A stretch of 64,000 bases of DNA from the human T2T-CHM13v2.0 reference genome, Homo sapiens: NCBI RefSeq assembly GCF_009914755.1, contig NC_060940.1; one strand, 5' to 3'. A model generated the notes under the pieces. That model ran no database searches. It had not been told where the DNA came from and worked only from the letters and a program-made list of their open reading frames with translations. Numbering within the stretch: the first letter of the stretch is position 1; every line of letters starts with the position of its first letter. Below, one piece after another: positions 29,166 to 45,249 of this stretch. Both the position numbers and the translations under genes were made by a program.

Positions 29166-29681
29166 GACTGATGTTGGTCAAGTTACTTCTTTCTGCACCT
29201 CCATTTCCTCATCTGTAAAATGGGAGTAATAAGCCCACTCACCTCCCAGTGAAATGAGATGGCATGTAGAAAGCACCTTGCACATCCTGATGATTCAATA
29301 AACGATAGTCATTGTTATAGTGATGATCTTTGTAACTCTTGTAAGATGCTTTTCAGTTCACATCTTTTTAAATGATTGTCTGTCCACACTGTTCACTCCA
29401 TCTGTGCAGCTTTATGTTATTTGAAGGCACAGTGCCCCCCTGCTGGATTCACTTTATAACAATCAGTTCTCCCACCAGGATGATTAGTGCCCAGAAAGTG
29501 TAAGTAAATATTTGTGGAGAAAACTGATTTGAATGGCCCAGATGGTGGCACTCAGCCAGGCTCCCTAACCACTGGAGTTAATCCATCACAGATGTGCTGG
29601 CCAATGTTTTTCAAGGTGTGATTCTCCAGGTGTGACTTCCATGGAGGAGACACTTGGATCCGATCTGCCTTCAAAAAAGAA

Positions 29682-30060
29682 TGTGTCATTCAGCCACTGG
29701 GGGTGCAGGTTACTGACATCCTCTGGCTTCAGAGCCCTCAGGATTCACTTCCGCTTTTGAACTGAGGTCACATTCTGCCAGAGCAGTCCTCAGCCAGTGA
29801 CAGGGCATGAGGGGGACATGGGGCCCGGCAACTTCTGCCCAACATGGGGCTCCTTTCATGGGCAACCTCTTCTCCAAAGCTTTCTGTTAGGTTGGCAGAG
29901 ACTGTCTGGTCTGCATGGTGGTCTGAAGCTCTCCCTTGCACAATTCTACTTCCTGCCTTCCCTATTTTATTTTTTCCCAGGTACTTATGCCCTCTCAATA
30001 AACTTCTTGTGCCCCTAACTCCATCTCAGCATCTGTTTCCTGGAAGATCCAACTGGCTCA
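29682..30060 (+). mobile_element. LTR16-like ERVL solo LTR
   Basis: gagcagtcctcagccagtgacag...ctctcaataaacttcttg...ctccatctcagcatctgtttcctggaagatcc. Confidence 0.7.
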
Positions 30061-30853
30061 CCTTGGAGAGAAAAGAAACTAAAAGCCACAACATGAAGCG
30101 TATACAAGAACCAGGTAAGTTAAGTAACTCAGAGCTATCTCTTGTCCCAAAGGATGAAAACCTCCGAGCGCCGTGGAAGAGAACAGTCTGATTAAGTTGG
30201 CTCAAACTGCCAGGAAGCTTTCTGAGCAACAGCAGATGCTGGGGCTTCGAGAAAGATTGCTCCCTGCTTTTGGCCAGAATCCCTGGGGTCATTTAGGGCG
30301 GTGATGTTGCCAGTTCTTCTCCCCTCTGGCCAACACCTCTCAATCCATTATTTGGGATACCAATTATAAACTTGGGACAAGAGCCTAATCTCCCAGCAAG
30401 GAAAACCTGGGCTGTCAGTCTACTTTACCAATCCCTGCCTTGGAAATTGTTATATATCTCAGGCTACAAGAAAGTAGAGGGAGACAAGAGAAAAAGCATC
30501 CCTCACACAACCTTCAGATCTTCCGCTGGAGAGATAGCCCCACTCTAGGAGGGAATGGTTATTGCTATAATTTGGGGGATATTTTGGCAGGTTTGGGAAA
30601 ATCTATTCAAAGTTTAGTTTAGTCTCAATTTCTAGAACATCGAGCCACTTTTGTGTAGGCAAGGGTGACAGGAAAAGCTGAAAACATGGTGGTAATCCTA
30701 GAGATAATAGTAATAGCAGTATTTATGGAGCAATGAGTATGTTTGTAGATTGAGAGGGGTATTTTTTACAGAATCAGCTCATCTAATCATCACACGAACT
30801 CCTAGACATTGGTGCTATTTTCACCAACTATTTCAATAAGGACACAGAGGTTC

Positions 30854-31478
30854 TGATATGGTTTGGGTGTTTGTTCCCTCCAAACTCATGTTGAAATGTC
30901 ACCTCCAGTGTTGGAGGTAGGGCCTGGCGGGAGGCCATTAGATCATGGGGGCAGATCCCTCATGAACGGCCTAGCACCATAACCCTGGTAATGAGTGAGC
31001 TCTCGCTCTTAGTTCACATGAGATTTGGTTGTTTAAAAGAGTGTGGCACTGATCCCCTTTCTCTCTTGCTCTGTCTTTCACCATGCGATATGCTACCCCC
31101 CTTTCACCTTCCACCATGATTGGAAGCCTCCTGAGGCCTCACCAGAAGCCAGGCTGAAGCCAGCACCATGCTTCCTGTATAGCCTGCAGAACCGTGAGCC
31201 AATTAAACCTCTCTTCTTTACAAATTACCTAACGTTGGGTATTTCTTTCTTCTTTTTTTCTTTTTTTTCTTTTCTTTTTTATTGGGGGGGACAGAGTCTC
31301 ACTCTATTGCCCAGGCTGTAGTGCAGTGTTGTGATCTCTGCTCACTGCAACCTTCGCCTCCTAGGTTCAAGCAATTCTTGTGCCTCAGCCTCCCAAGTAG
31401 CTGGGATTACAGGCACGCACCACCATGCCAGGCTGCCTTGGGTGTTTCTTTATAGCAACACAAGAATGGACTAACATG
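30854..31478 (+). mobile_element. MSTB MaLR solo LTR inside a MIR, interrupted by an Alu monomer
   Basis: tgatatggtttgggtgtttgttccctccaaactcatgttgaaatg...cagcctgcagaaccgtgagccaattaaacctct-like core; TSD ggttc/ggctc. Confidence 0.88.
31249..31437 (-). mobile_element. Alu right monomer (FRAM or truncated Alu)
   Basis: Single reverse-strand arm; TSD ttgggt[a/g]tttcttt at 31235-31248 and 31438-31451. Confidence 0.88.
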
Positions 31479-34332
31479 GGCTCAGAGAGGTTAGGTAACT
31501 TGTCTAAGACCACAGAGCTAGCAAGAGGTAGAGCTAGGATTCAAACTTAGGTCTCTCCAAAATCAAAGACTACATTTATCCTCCCTTCCTCCACTGTTCT
31601 AGATCACTCTTGCACTGGGGCACTCTTGCTCTGAGAGACGTATCCCACTCACAGACATGGAGTGGATGCCTCGGTTGCTGCATCATTTAACAAGCATCTA
31701 TTGTCTGCTCTGTGCCATCCCCTATGGTAGGCACTGGGACGAAAAGAATGAATGATCCTTGACATCAAGAAGCTCAAAGACTAGCTGGGAAGATACTAAT
31801 ATAGCAATTCCTTTTATTTTCTCTAATAGGAGACCCACTCGCAACTACGAGGAATAGATACTATCAGCAGCAACAGCAACTTTTTTTTTAAGGACAAAGA
31901 AAGTAAAGATGGGAAAATGTAAACTTGTCCAAAAACATACATCTAGTCATGAGAAAGCTGAAACCCAAAACAGCTAAGCCGATGTATCACAGCCTCTGAA
32001 TCACCATCACTGAAAGAAACAACACACTTGGGGATGGGGGAGTGGCTCTCCTTGCACAAGCTGGGATGCAATTTGCAGACATTTTGCAGAGCAGAAAATA
32101 TATGAGTCTCTGAAGGGCAGTGATCAATCATTTCAGCCATCTTAAATGAGACCAGAATAGATACAAGAAGAATCTCAGCCACATATAACTCTAACCATCA
32201 AGGGTATTACTAACTCCCAAAATATTTCATCTTCTTGAAGTTTTATGGCTATGGCTCTTGAGTGTTTTGGGGGTACAGGGAGATATGGGTTTAGGCAGCT
32301 GAAGCAATACCTATCTATAGATAAGAATATCGCCAGAAGTCCTAATAACCTCAGAAAATCTACAAAACAAGAGAGTCCATATGTATGCCGGAATCCCTGC
32401 CCCTGACATGTTTACTCTGCTGACTACCTCCAGTGACAGAACTCTAGACTTAATTAGCCAGCTCATAGCTCTTCCACATACTTTTTGGAGGTAGATTTTG
32501 TCTCTATGGGCTCTACTTCTTCCCTTAGATTCTAGAGCACCATGGAATGTATCTGCTCTATGTTCAAGATGAAAGCCCTTCAAATAATTGGGTATAGCAA
32601 TCTACTCACCCCTCTCACTTCCTCATTTCTCTCCACTCTCAGAAATGCAAACATTTATCCTTTTGTTGATGTTATTCAGGAACCACTTCCAGCAGCCTGT
32701 ACCTCCCTTAGTCATGTTCCTTTTAACAAGCTCAGTTTATCAATGTCCTTCTTAAAATACAGAACTCACACATGAGCATAACCGAAGATACAATATTTGT
32801 GAAGGGACTGTGAAAACGAGAGTAGGCAGAGGCAAAGGGTTGTTATTTTTTCTCTAGGACTAAATAAAAATATAAATGCTATTTCTCTTAACACAAACCA
32901 GTTTGAAGAAACTATTCGACGTATTCATTCTGTCATCTGTTCATTCATCTGTTATTGAACCTTTCAAGGTAAAAGATTAGAGGATTCTGGCCAGCAGAGA
33001 AAAGAGAAAAGTGGATGGATATGAATACTATGTAGAAGGTGTAGTCACAGGGTGAGGGGTGTGAGGGAAATGGTGGCAGCAAGAAGTTGAGCCTGGGCAT
33101 CTGGGAGGATGGTGGTGCCATGCCCTGGAGGAGGGCCAGTTTGAAGAAGGAATATCATAGGAGTCCAATAAATACTACTAGAATGAATGACTTAATAATC
33201 AATATGTAAGTTACATTCATTCCCCTCTGCTTCTGGCTTTCCATCTGATTAGATCAAAAGCACTCTTGCATATGGAAAGCTTGCATGAGCACAATTTTAC
33301 CTGGTTATGGGAAGGAATGGTGTTCTCTATGTGTATTTTTATTTTTTCCAATGATTGGATTCTCCAGGGTGCGCACATGACAAAGACAAGTTTCTGTACT
33401 GAGTCCTGATTCCCTAGGCAAAAAGTGCAAAGGATACCGAAAAATAAATATCCAGCCTTAAAAAATCAGTACAACAATCCCTTGGCTCCCATCAACATCG
33501 TAGACCCCACTGTGTGCAGGGGCCGCAGTCGACGGCAGGGTATGAGGAGAAACAGGACAGGTTTCCATGTCCCTTGTGAGCGCAGAGTGTAGGAGGAAGA
33601 TTGACAGGAAAACCAAAATAAGACACCTGAAACTCCACGATATGATAAATGATATGACAACAGGGGGAGGTGCTAAATGTTACGAGAGTGCAGCAGAGGC
33701 ATAAAATAAAAGAAGCCTGAAGCAAACTTTTAATTCGTTACACAAAAAAGTCTTTAGTCTTCTTTGCCGAGATTAAAGCAGTGCCACTCTGGGTCTGGAG
33801 CCGAACTGGTAGCTGGGGTCTAGAAGAATTCAGAGTTCATCCCGAGTCTTCTCTAGAGACGGAAGCCTGGAGAAGCCTGGGGAAGCCAGAAGGCCCTGAA
33901 CCCCTGACAAAAAGCCTAAGGATCCTCACCCAGCAATGCTGACCACGACCATTAAAACATGAAGCCCACCCCCAAAGAGGAAAATCCTTGCCCTTTAATG
34001 AAGCTGCCAAAAACCTCCAAATTTAACAGTTTGCACTGTGTCTTTCTGCAGACACAGAAAAATGAGCTGGGAAATAGAACAGTCACATCTGGCCAAGAGA
34101 GTTGTGGACTTTTGAGGTGTTGCCTGGGTCTCCTGGGCAGTAGAATCAGCTGACCCAATGTTTAATAGAGAAACTACAAATTTTCAAACATAAGAAAACC
34201 ATGTAAAAAAAAAAAATCAATGGGGGAGGGGGTGTTTAAATGCATTTGAGACCAGCCATATGACAGCGATTTGGCAGCCCTTATAACCCTTAGTTTTAAT
34301 AACATAAGAATTCCCTATGAAATTCTAAATAA

Positions 34333-34745
<413 letters not shown>

Positions 34746-34992
34746 CTATGTTAAAAGAAGTTTTTTGCAAAGCTACCTTTTGTGTATGGAACTGTGTGTG
34801 AAAAAAGACTTACAGAACTGTGAGAAACTTGGATAAAATGAGGCATGCGTACTTCCCCATCTGAAATAGCCAAGATGATGACCATTCTTATAAGTGAAAG
34901 AGTTTTTTTTTTTGTTTGGGGAAGTGTTTTTTTTTTTCTTTTTATCTTTCATTCCTGTTCAAATTCTTTTTTAATTTACACATAAGAAAAAG

Positions 34993-35160
34993 TGGTCTGG
35001 CACAGTGGCTCACATCTGTAATCCTAGCACTTTGGGAGACTGAGAGGGAGGACTGCTTGAGACCAGGAATTCGAGACCAACCTGGGCAATATATTGAGAC
35101 CCTGTCTCTATTTAAAATTGTTTTAATTTAAAAAAATTTACAATAAATAAATAAAAATAA
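34993..35160 (+). mobile_element. Alu left monomer (FLAM-like)
   Basis: ggcacagtggctcacatctgtaatcctagcactttgggag...gagaccctgtctct followed by an A-rich tail. Confidence 0.85.
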
Positions 35161-36809
35161 GAAAAACCTCCCAAATCCCACCACTCTAGTACAACCAAAG
35201 TGGCCACACCATCACACGTGAGGTTGTTCACAGCATCCTTCTCTGGGGATGATTCTAAGTCCCTTGAAGATAGGGAGCGTGACTAGTTTGTCTCTGAATC
35301 CCTGGTACCTGGAAGTGGCCTGACCCCCAGAAGGCACTCCGATGACGTCTGTTGAATGGATAGATGAGAATGCACATAAGAAAAAGTGATTTTTTTCCTA
35401 ACAAAGTAAAATGGCATTCCACGGACTTTGGGGAAGTTGGCTCCTTCACTTCTAGAGAAAAAAGGAGAATAAGGCAGGAATTCAAAATACTCTTATGAAC
35501 AGAAAGGCAACAGGTAGAGCAGGACATGGAGGGATTCATGAAGGGAGAGAAGGAAGGTAGGGAAGCTGGGCTGTGCAATAAGCAGCAAGCCTGGGTGTTA
35601 TTTCAGCCTCCCGAGAACATGCCAGAATAGACATTGCCATTACCTCCATTTTCAGAGGAAGAAACTAAGACAAATGAATCAGACAGAAGACATGATGTTC
35701 ATCTCATAAATGGACATGTGGAGATTTGAACCCAGCTCAGCTGGCTTTGAATTCAGAAATCTTTACCCCTAAGGGACATCATGAAGCAAGACAAAGAATG
35801 AAATGGAGGGCTAGGATGATGACTGGATTTCCTGCTGATTGAAGGAATGTTGAACCAAGCACATGTACTTCAATCCTAACCATACACAGGGAAGTTCTTT
35901 CTGTATTTGGAAGAGCTAAGCGGAAGATCTCAGCACTAGTCCCAGCCCCTGTGTCCATGCCATTTCAGCACTAGATAACAAGATATATCCATGTAGGAAG
36001 ATGGATGAGGAAAGCAGGGTGGATCTGTCTCCCCCAAAGGAAACCACAAGGCATAAACAGCAGCAGTCCCCAGAGGACAATGTACACACAACCTCTTTCC
36101 TCCAACTCTGGTGTTGAAACTGCCCTGAGCTGACTTTAAATCCACTGCAGGTAGTTGCATGAGGAGTACTTACAGGATCCTGCTGGCTCTGTTGCTACTC
36201 TCTATCATGGAGTCCTGCAGCCTTTGAATAAATACCTGCCAGGCCAAGATAGCAAATAGCACAGTTTCATGTCTGGAATTTGCAGACCAGGGCTGAAGGA
36301 AGTTAGACACGCTTCTGTGAAGAAAACTGATATTCTGCTGGGGTTTGCAAGATCCCTAAAGGTCCCGTCCTCCCCCTGGGAATCCCAGCAGTTTAGAAGA
36401 TTCCTGAAAGGGAAAGGAGCAGCTCACCTGAGACAAGCAAGGGCCAGATTGTTGAAGCCATCGTTGCCCTGCTGAGCTTCAGGACACTCAACTCACAGTT
36501 GCAGATTTCATAAGCAACAAAAAGAAGAATCCATTTCACAGGCATTTTTCAGTGCCTGACTGACCACACTGATCAAGGCAGTGGGGGTACAGAGGTGCAC
36601 AAAACGTGCAAAGTGCCTGCTACAGTGATGCTTACCCTCTGGTGGGGAGAGCTGAAGTTCTGGGAAAGTACAGTTTGAGGGAATGCCTCATATGCAAAAG
36701 GCCAACCCTGGGCTAGATCCTACTCATGTATGTCTCATCCAGTTCCTCCCAATAATCCCAAGATTAGGTACTCCTTGCATCAAATCATTTTAAAGAAGAG
36801 AAAATTGAG

Positions 36810-37173
36810 TGTATTACTCCATTTTCATGCTGCTGATAGAGACATAACTGAAACTGGGAAGAAAAAGAGGTTTAATGGACTTACAGTTCCACATGGCTGG
36901 GAAGGCCTCACAATCATGGTGGAAAGCAAGAAGGTGCAAGTCAAGTCTTACATGGATGGCAGCAGGCAAAGACAGAGAGCTTGTGCAGGAGAATTCCTCT
37001 TTTTGAAACCATTGGATCTCATGAGACCTTATTCACTATTGTGAGAACAGCATAAGAAAGATCCACCCCCATGATTCAGTTACCTCCCACTGGGTCCCTC
37101 CCACAACATGTGGGAATTGTGGGAGTTAAAATTCAAGATGAGATTTGAGTGGGGACACAGCCAAACCATATCA
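36810..37173 (-). mobile_element. THE1B-like MaLR solo LTR inside a MIR
   Basis: tgtattactccattttcatgctgctgat...gtggggacacagccaaaccatatca; TSD ttgag/ttggg. Confidence 0.92.
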
Positions 37174-37679
37174 TTGGGTCTCAGAGAAGTAATTGCCTCA
37201 AGAATCACACAGCTGACAGGTAACAGAGCCAGAACTCAAACCCCAGGCCTCCTGATCACAGCTGCCATGTTGCACAACCCTCATCTCAGAAGGAATCAGA
37301 ATTTGTGTTCACGGTTACACGTGTTCAGGGTCACACACTTAGTGTACGATGTAGCCGGGGTTAAAGCTGAGATGAGCCAACTCTAGACCCTAGTCTCTTA
37401 ACCACTATAGATACTGCTGTGCTAGCATACTTGGAAACCACCATATATGTTCTTGGAAATTCACCAAGCACATTACCATGTTAGGCAGACTTATTACTAT
37501 TCTGCAATATCTGCAAGTAACATAGAAGCAAAAAAAGCACATAACACATAAAATAATTACACATAGACCTGAGGTAGAAAACAAATAATCAGAGGAGAAG
37601 GCAAGAGAAAGGTGAAGCCACCTTAGGTAGAATGGTCAGGAAACATCCTTTCTGAGAAAACATTTAGGCTGAGAAGCTA

Positions 37680-38602
37680 ATTAAGAAATAACAGAGAAAA
37701 CTAATGAAACCCAAAGCTGATTCTCTTTAAAAAAAAAAAAAAAAAACAAAATTGATAAACCTAGGTAGACTGATCAAGAAGAAAAGAGACTATCAGAAAT
37801 AAAGTCTGGTGCATTACTACAGACTTTCAGATATTAAAAGGATTAAAAAACCCTTATGCCTATAAATTTGACAACCTAGATGAAATGGACAAATTCCTGG
37901 AAAGATACAAATTACCAAAGCTTTTTCAAAAAGAAATAGAAACCTTCACCAACCCTGTATCAATTAAAGAAATTGAACCCATAGTTTAAAACCCTCCCAC
38001 AAAGTAAACTTCAGGCCCAGATGTCTTCTCTGCTGCACTCTATAAAACATTTAAGGAAAAAAAAAAAGAGTCCTACACAAATTATTTCAGAAACTAGTGT
38101 TCAGAAGGCAATACTTCCCAATTCATGTTATGAGGATAGTATTACCCTGATTCCAAAACCAGAGGAAGCCATTATAAGGAAACTCTAGACCAACCTTCCT
38201 CGCAAACATACATGCAAAAGTGCCCCACAAAATATGAGCAGATCAAACAGAAAAATGTAACAAAAGGCAATGCATTATAACCAAGTACGTTCACACCATG
38301 AAGGTAGGCTGAAATCCAAAGAACAAGAAATAATCAGATTACAAAAAAAAAAAAAAATAGGAAGAATGAATAAGACCTACCATTTAATAAATAGCACAAC
38401 AGGGTGACTATAGTCAATAATTGAACATTTTTAAATAACAAAAAATATATAATTGGATCGTTTGTAACACAAAGGATAAATGCTCAAGGGGATGGAGACC
38501 TCATTTTCCATGATGTGATTATTTCACATTGCATGCCTGTATTAAAACATCTCATGTACCCCATAAATATATACACCTACTATGTACCCACAAAAAAAAT
38601 AA
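37680..38602 (+). mobile_element. L1MA-type fragments (ORF2 segment and 3' end)
   Basis: aacctagatgaaatggacaaattcctggaaagatacaa; atagcacaacagggtgactatagtcaataa...acacctactatgtacccac. Confidence 0.82.
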
Positions 38603-38603
38603 A

Positions 38604-38830
38604 TTTTTTTTTAATTTTATTATTATTATACTTTAAGTTTTAGGGTACATGTGCACAATGTGCAGGTTAGTTACATATGTATACATGTGCCATGCTGGTG
38701 TGCTGCATCCATTAACTCGTCATCTAGCATTAGCTATATCTCCTAATGCTATCCCTCCCCCATCCCCCCACCCCACAACAGTCCCCAGAGTGTGATGTTC
38801 CCCTTCCTGTGTCCATGTGTTCTCATTGTT
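38604..38830 (-). mobile_element. Young L1PA (L1PA2/3-like) 3'-end fragment
   Basis: tatactttaagttttagggtacatgtgcacaatgtgcaggttagttacatatg...tcatctagcatt. Confidence 0.92.
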
Positions 38831-39824
38831 ATTAAATAAAAAGAATTTTAAATAAAAACAGAAATAACCTGTCAAGTGAAGAACAACAAGAAAGTTCTGG
38901 GCAAAGGGAGTGGCACACGCAGAGGCTACAGGGTAAGAAAGAGCTTGGCAAATTTGAAAAGTTGAATGGAAACCATTTGGAATAGCATTTAACGAGTTAG
39001 GGGAACGTGGTAATGGATGAGACTGGAGAATAGACAAGGCTAGATCACACAGGACCTCATCAAGGTAAATAGTTTGGATTTTTTAATAAATTCTAATGGA
39101 CGCTATTACATGGTTTTTACCTGGGGAATGTCGTGGAACTGTTTGTTTTAATAAAGATTTCTTAACAGAATATGGAGAAGCAAGTGGCAAGGGGGCAAAG
39201 TGGAAGAGAGATACCAATGAGGAAGCTATTGGAGTGATCCAGGGGAGTGATGGCGCCAGCCAGGACTGGGGGGTGCATGGGCAAGGGAGAAAAGTGGGTA
39301 AGTCAAGGGATATTTCAAAGATAAAACCAACAGGATTTGCTGACAGACTGCAAGTATGAGATAAGGAGAAATCTTGTAGCAGGTTCTGGATAAGTGATCA
39401 TAAATCCTACTCCGTTTTCCTCCTGGGAATATTTAGTCCATAAAAAACTTCCCAGGCTCCACTCCTTTCACAGCTCAACACAGATGATGTCAGTGGCCTT
39501 AGAAGCCATATGTTGAAGGTGGCAGAACCAAAAGATGAAAGGAGCTGAGCCCCTGAATCGTCACTTGTCAGAGGGCCGCCCTCTGAATACAAACATCCAC
39601 ATTTGACTTCAGACGAGTAAGAAGTACATCTGTGGTGGATTCAGTTTCTGCTATTCAGGGATGTATGTGTTAAACTAACTTTTCTTAACCTAATTACTTC
39701 AGACAAAAATCAAGAAAAAGCTAGTATATCAGCTCGACCAATTAAGTGGAGCTAAGAATACTCTTACTTCAGCTCTTAAAAGAACTGATTGAAATGAGAC
39801 AGTTTGGAGGCTTTCAAGGGATTT

Positions 39825-40006
39825 GTTCAATTCCATTTCTAAAAGGAATCTATACTGAGAAAATAACAGTAAATATAAAGGTTTATGCACAGAGATGTTT
39901 ATCAGTGGCATTTATATTAGCAAAAGTTTCCATGAAAATGACCAAGGCACCCAACACTAAGTGGTTAAATAACCACCACTATGGGCATTAAAAATTATGC
40001 TTACAG
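39825..40006 (+). mobile_element. Old L1M (L1ME-like) 3' fragment hosting the retrocopy; appears to resume after 42315
   Basis: caattccatttctaaaaggaatctat...gatgtttatcagtggcatttat...gtggttaaataa...gcattaaaaat. Confidence 0.55.
39990..40006 (+). repeat. 5' target-site duplication of the IMPDH1 retrocopy (17 bp)
   Basis: aaaaattatgcttacag, identical to 42299-42315 and preceded by TT, matching the L1 endonuclease TT/AAAA consensus. Confidence 0.95.
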
Positions 40007-42298
<2,292 letters not shown>

Positions 42299-42315
42299 AA
42301 AAATTATGCTTACAG
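42299..42315 (+). repeat. 3' target-site duplication of the IMPDH1 retrocopy (17 bp)
   Basis: Identical to 39990-40006. Confidence 0.95.
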
Positions 42316-42633
42316 AGATTTTGATAGTAAGTGAAACATGCAGCTTATACACTACTGCATGTATAAATTGTGTGCAATTACAAATAGGTATGGATATATT
42401 TATATCTTATGTACTTGTATAAATACAGATACATACATACACATGCACATCAATGCACACATATATATGCAGAAGGAAATAAATGGGAAAATGCCATTAT
42501 TGTTTAATATGTGTGACAGCGTTATTGAGTTGAAAATAAAATACACTCAGCATTATTTTTAACAAATTTAAAAGACTATTTCATGACCTTGAGGAGTAGA
42601 GTCTTGAAGGGCATCTTAAGATTTTTAACCTTA

Positions 42634-42927
42634 GTTGGGCATGGTGGCTCACACATGTAATCCCAGCTACTCAGAAGGCTAGGGCAGAGTTCAAGACCAA
42701 CCTGGATAACAAAGACCCTCGTTCTTAAAAAAAAAAGAAAAAAAAAGATTTAATTAGCCATGCATGGTGGTGTGTGCCTGTAGTGCCAGCTACTCTGGAG
42801 GCTGAGGCAGGAAAAATTGCCTGAGCCTGAGTTCAACGCTGCAGTGAGCTATGATCATGCCACTGCACTCCAGCCTGGGCAACAGAGCAAGACCCTGCCT
42901 CTAAAGACACAAAAATAGAAAATAAAT
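42634..42927 (+). mobile_element. AluJ with an internally deleted left arm
   Basis: ggcatggtggctcacac...gctgcagtgagctatgatcatgccactgcactccagcctgggcaacagagcaagacc. Confidence 0.88.
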
Positions 42928-43539
42928 TTTAAAAAACAAATCCTTCATAAAACCACACAATGAGACTGTGCTCTGCAGCAATGCCAATGCTAAACACTCT
43001 TAGAAAAGCCCCACAGGGGAGCCTGCTTGGAAACTCAAGAGAGAGTTGAAGAGGTTTTGATCCACCCAAGATATTATGTGCGGGTAAAGCCAAAAGGACC
43101 CCAGACTCGAAGATGCCAGCCTGGGTGAAATGAACCAAATCAAGCAAAGCAGGCAGATGCTGTAGGCCAGTCGCCCACAGAAGAATCATAACCTTTCAAA
43201 GCAGATTGTGTAAACACAGGAGAGGGAGGAGGAAGATGTATCTTCTGTGTCCCCAGAAACCCGCAGGCACCGGTCCCAGCGATCCCAGGAAGTGAATAGC
43301 TAGTTTGTTTTGGGTAGCTAAGAACACTGCCCACTCAACCAAAATAAGAGTGACTTCTTCAAAAGGTTATGAACCCACTGATTTCTGACAGTATTTCCCA
43401 AGAAGGCAAACAGAGCCCAAAGCCTGTGCTTAAAAAGCTAGTGATCTAATAACCAAAGAATCACAAATTAAAGTGTCCTATATGAGCCAAATAGGAACAC
43501 TGGCAAAATAGAGAATTTATGCTTCATTTAATGGGGCAA

Positions 43540-43790
43540 AGTCACGCCCCCGATGTGCCAGGTCTGCATGCTGTTTTAAAAATTTTTTGTTTAGATATTT
43601 TCTGTGTAAAACTAAGGTTATTTCACTTAAAATTCCAATTTTCAGTTTCTTCCTGAAAACATGGAAGAACTGTCAACACTGGACCCACGTCCCCACATGG
43701 CATTAATCCATCAACTGGCCTCTTTCACTTGTTTAAAATTATTCTCTGGTTCATTTAATTTTTTGAGTTTGCAGCCCTTGCTGTGCATGT
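43540..43790. mobile_element. MER102-like hAT element
   Basis: gaaaacatggaagaactgtcaacactggacccacgtccccacatggca. Confidence 0.5.
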
Positions 43791-44568
43791 TCCTTCCCTG
43801 CTTAAAATGTGCTGCTTTCAATGCTCTGTTGCAATTGTGTATAAAGTAAAAGTAAACTAGCCTGGAGAGACAGTCTTAAGACGGCTCTCCTTTGTGTAGA
43901 ATACATGGACTTTGTTGATCACTCTTTTGCATGATCTAAGTTTTTTTTTTTCAGCTTACTTTGTAATTTCCTTATGGTTTCAAAATGCTGGAGAACTGGT
44001 CTCCAATTAGTGAAGTATTTCTGGGGGCCTTCTTTAAAGTTACTTGCTATACCATCAACATAGTATTTGTATGTTTTCATTTGTAGGTAGTAGGAGAGAT
44101 GCTTAAACAGGAAGAGACAGAAGCTCTCCTTGTTGACCCCACTCCTCTCTTGTCTTAGATGCCAGAAACCTATCTGGAGGAGGATAAGCAGAGCATCCAT
44201 CCATGTGCACACCCTGGGGCCTGCGCCCCCCCATAAATCATTATCTGAACCAACAGGACAGGCTGCTGGGACACCCACTCTACTTATCAGAGCCCAGCAG
44301 TTGTGCCCAAGGCAACAGCACCTGAATTTTATAATTCTGCAGGTGAAATTTAGTGCAAACCAGATATTCCTGAGACCCAACTTGGCTTCCGCAACTGTAT
44401 TCTCAAGCTGAAAACATTTTGTGTGAATGGGGTATGGGGGCGTGGGGACACTGTTTCTCAGAAGCCTTCATTATTTCATTTCTCAAGCAAATACTGGGGA
44501 TGGAAATATGGAGCATAATTACTCAGGACTTTTTTTTTGTTTTAAGAATGACCAGAAATAGAACCATG

Positions 44569-45199
44569 AACACTTTTGGTGGGAATGTAAATTAGTTCAA
44601 CCATTGTGGAAGACAGTGTAGTGATTCTTCTAAGATCTAGAACCAGAAATACCATTTGACCCAGCAATCCCGTTACAGGGTATATACTTAAAGGAATATA
44701 AACCATTCCGTCATAAAGATACATGCACACGTATGTTTATTTTAGCACTATCCACAATAGCAAAGACATGGAATTAACCCAAATGCCCATCAATGATAGA
44801 CTGGATAAAGAAAATGTGGTACATACATATTATGGAATACTATCCAGCCATAAAAAGGAATGAGATCACGTCCTTTGCAGGGACATGGATGAAGCTGGAA
44901 GCCATCATCCTCAACAAACCAACACAGGAACAGAAAACCAAAAACCACATGTTCTCACTCATAAGTGAGAGCTGAACAATGAGAACACATGGACACAGGG
45001 AGGGGAACACACACCAGAGTCTGTTGGTGGTGGGGAAGGGAGAGCATCAGGATAAATAGCTAATGCATATGGGGCTTAATACCTAGGTGATAGGTTGAGA
45101 GGTGCAGCAATCCATTATGGCAAATGTCTACCTAGGTAACAAACCTATGTTCTGTACACGTATCCCAGAACTTAAAATTAAATAGAAATTTTTAAAAAG
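44569..45199 (+). mobile_element. 5'-truncated L1PA (older primate subfamily)
   Basis: ORF2 end plus 3'UTR; perfect 14-bp TSD gaaatagaaccatg at 44555-44568 and 45200-45213. Confidence 0.92.
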
Positions 45200-45249
45200 G
45201 AAATAGAACCATGGAAGCTTAAGCAAAATGAAGCAAAGGGGAATTACTT

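Noticed and set aside
29428-29447. CTCF-like motif (reverse strand ccagcaggggggcactg)
   Set aside because: Six Gs rather than five break the register of the CTCF core; unsupported without a PWM scan or ChIP data.
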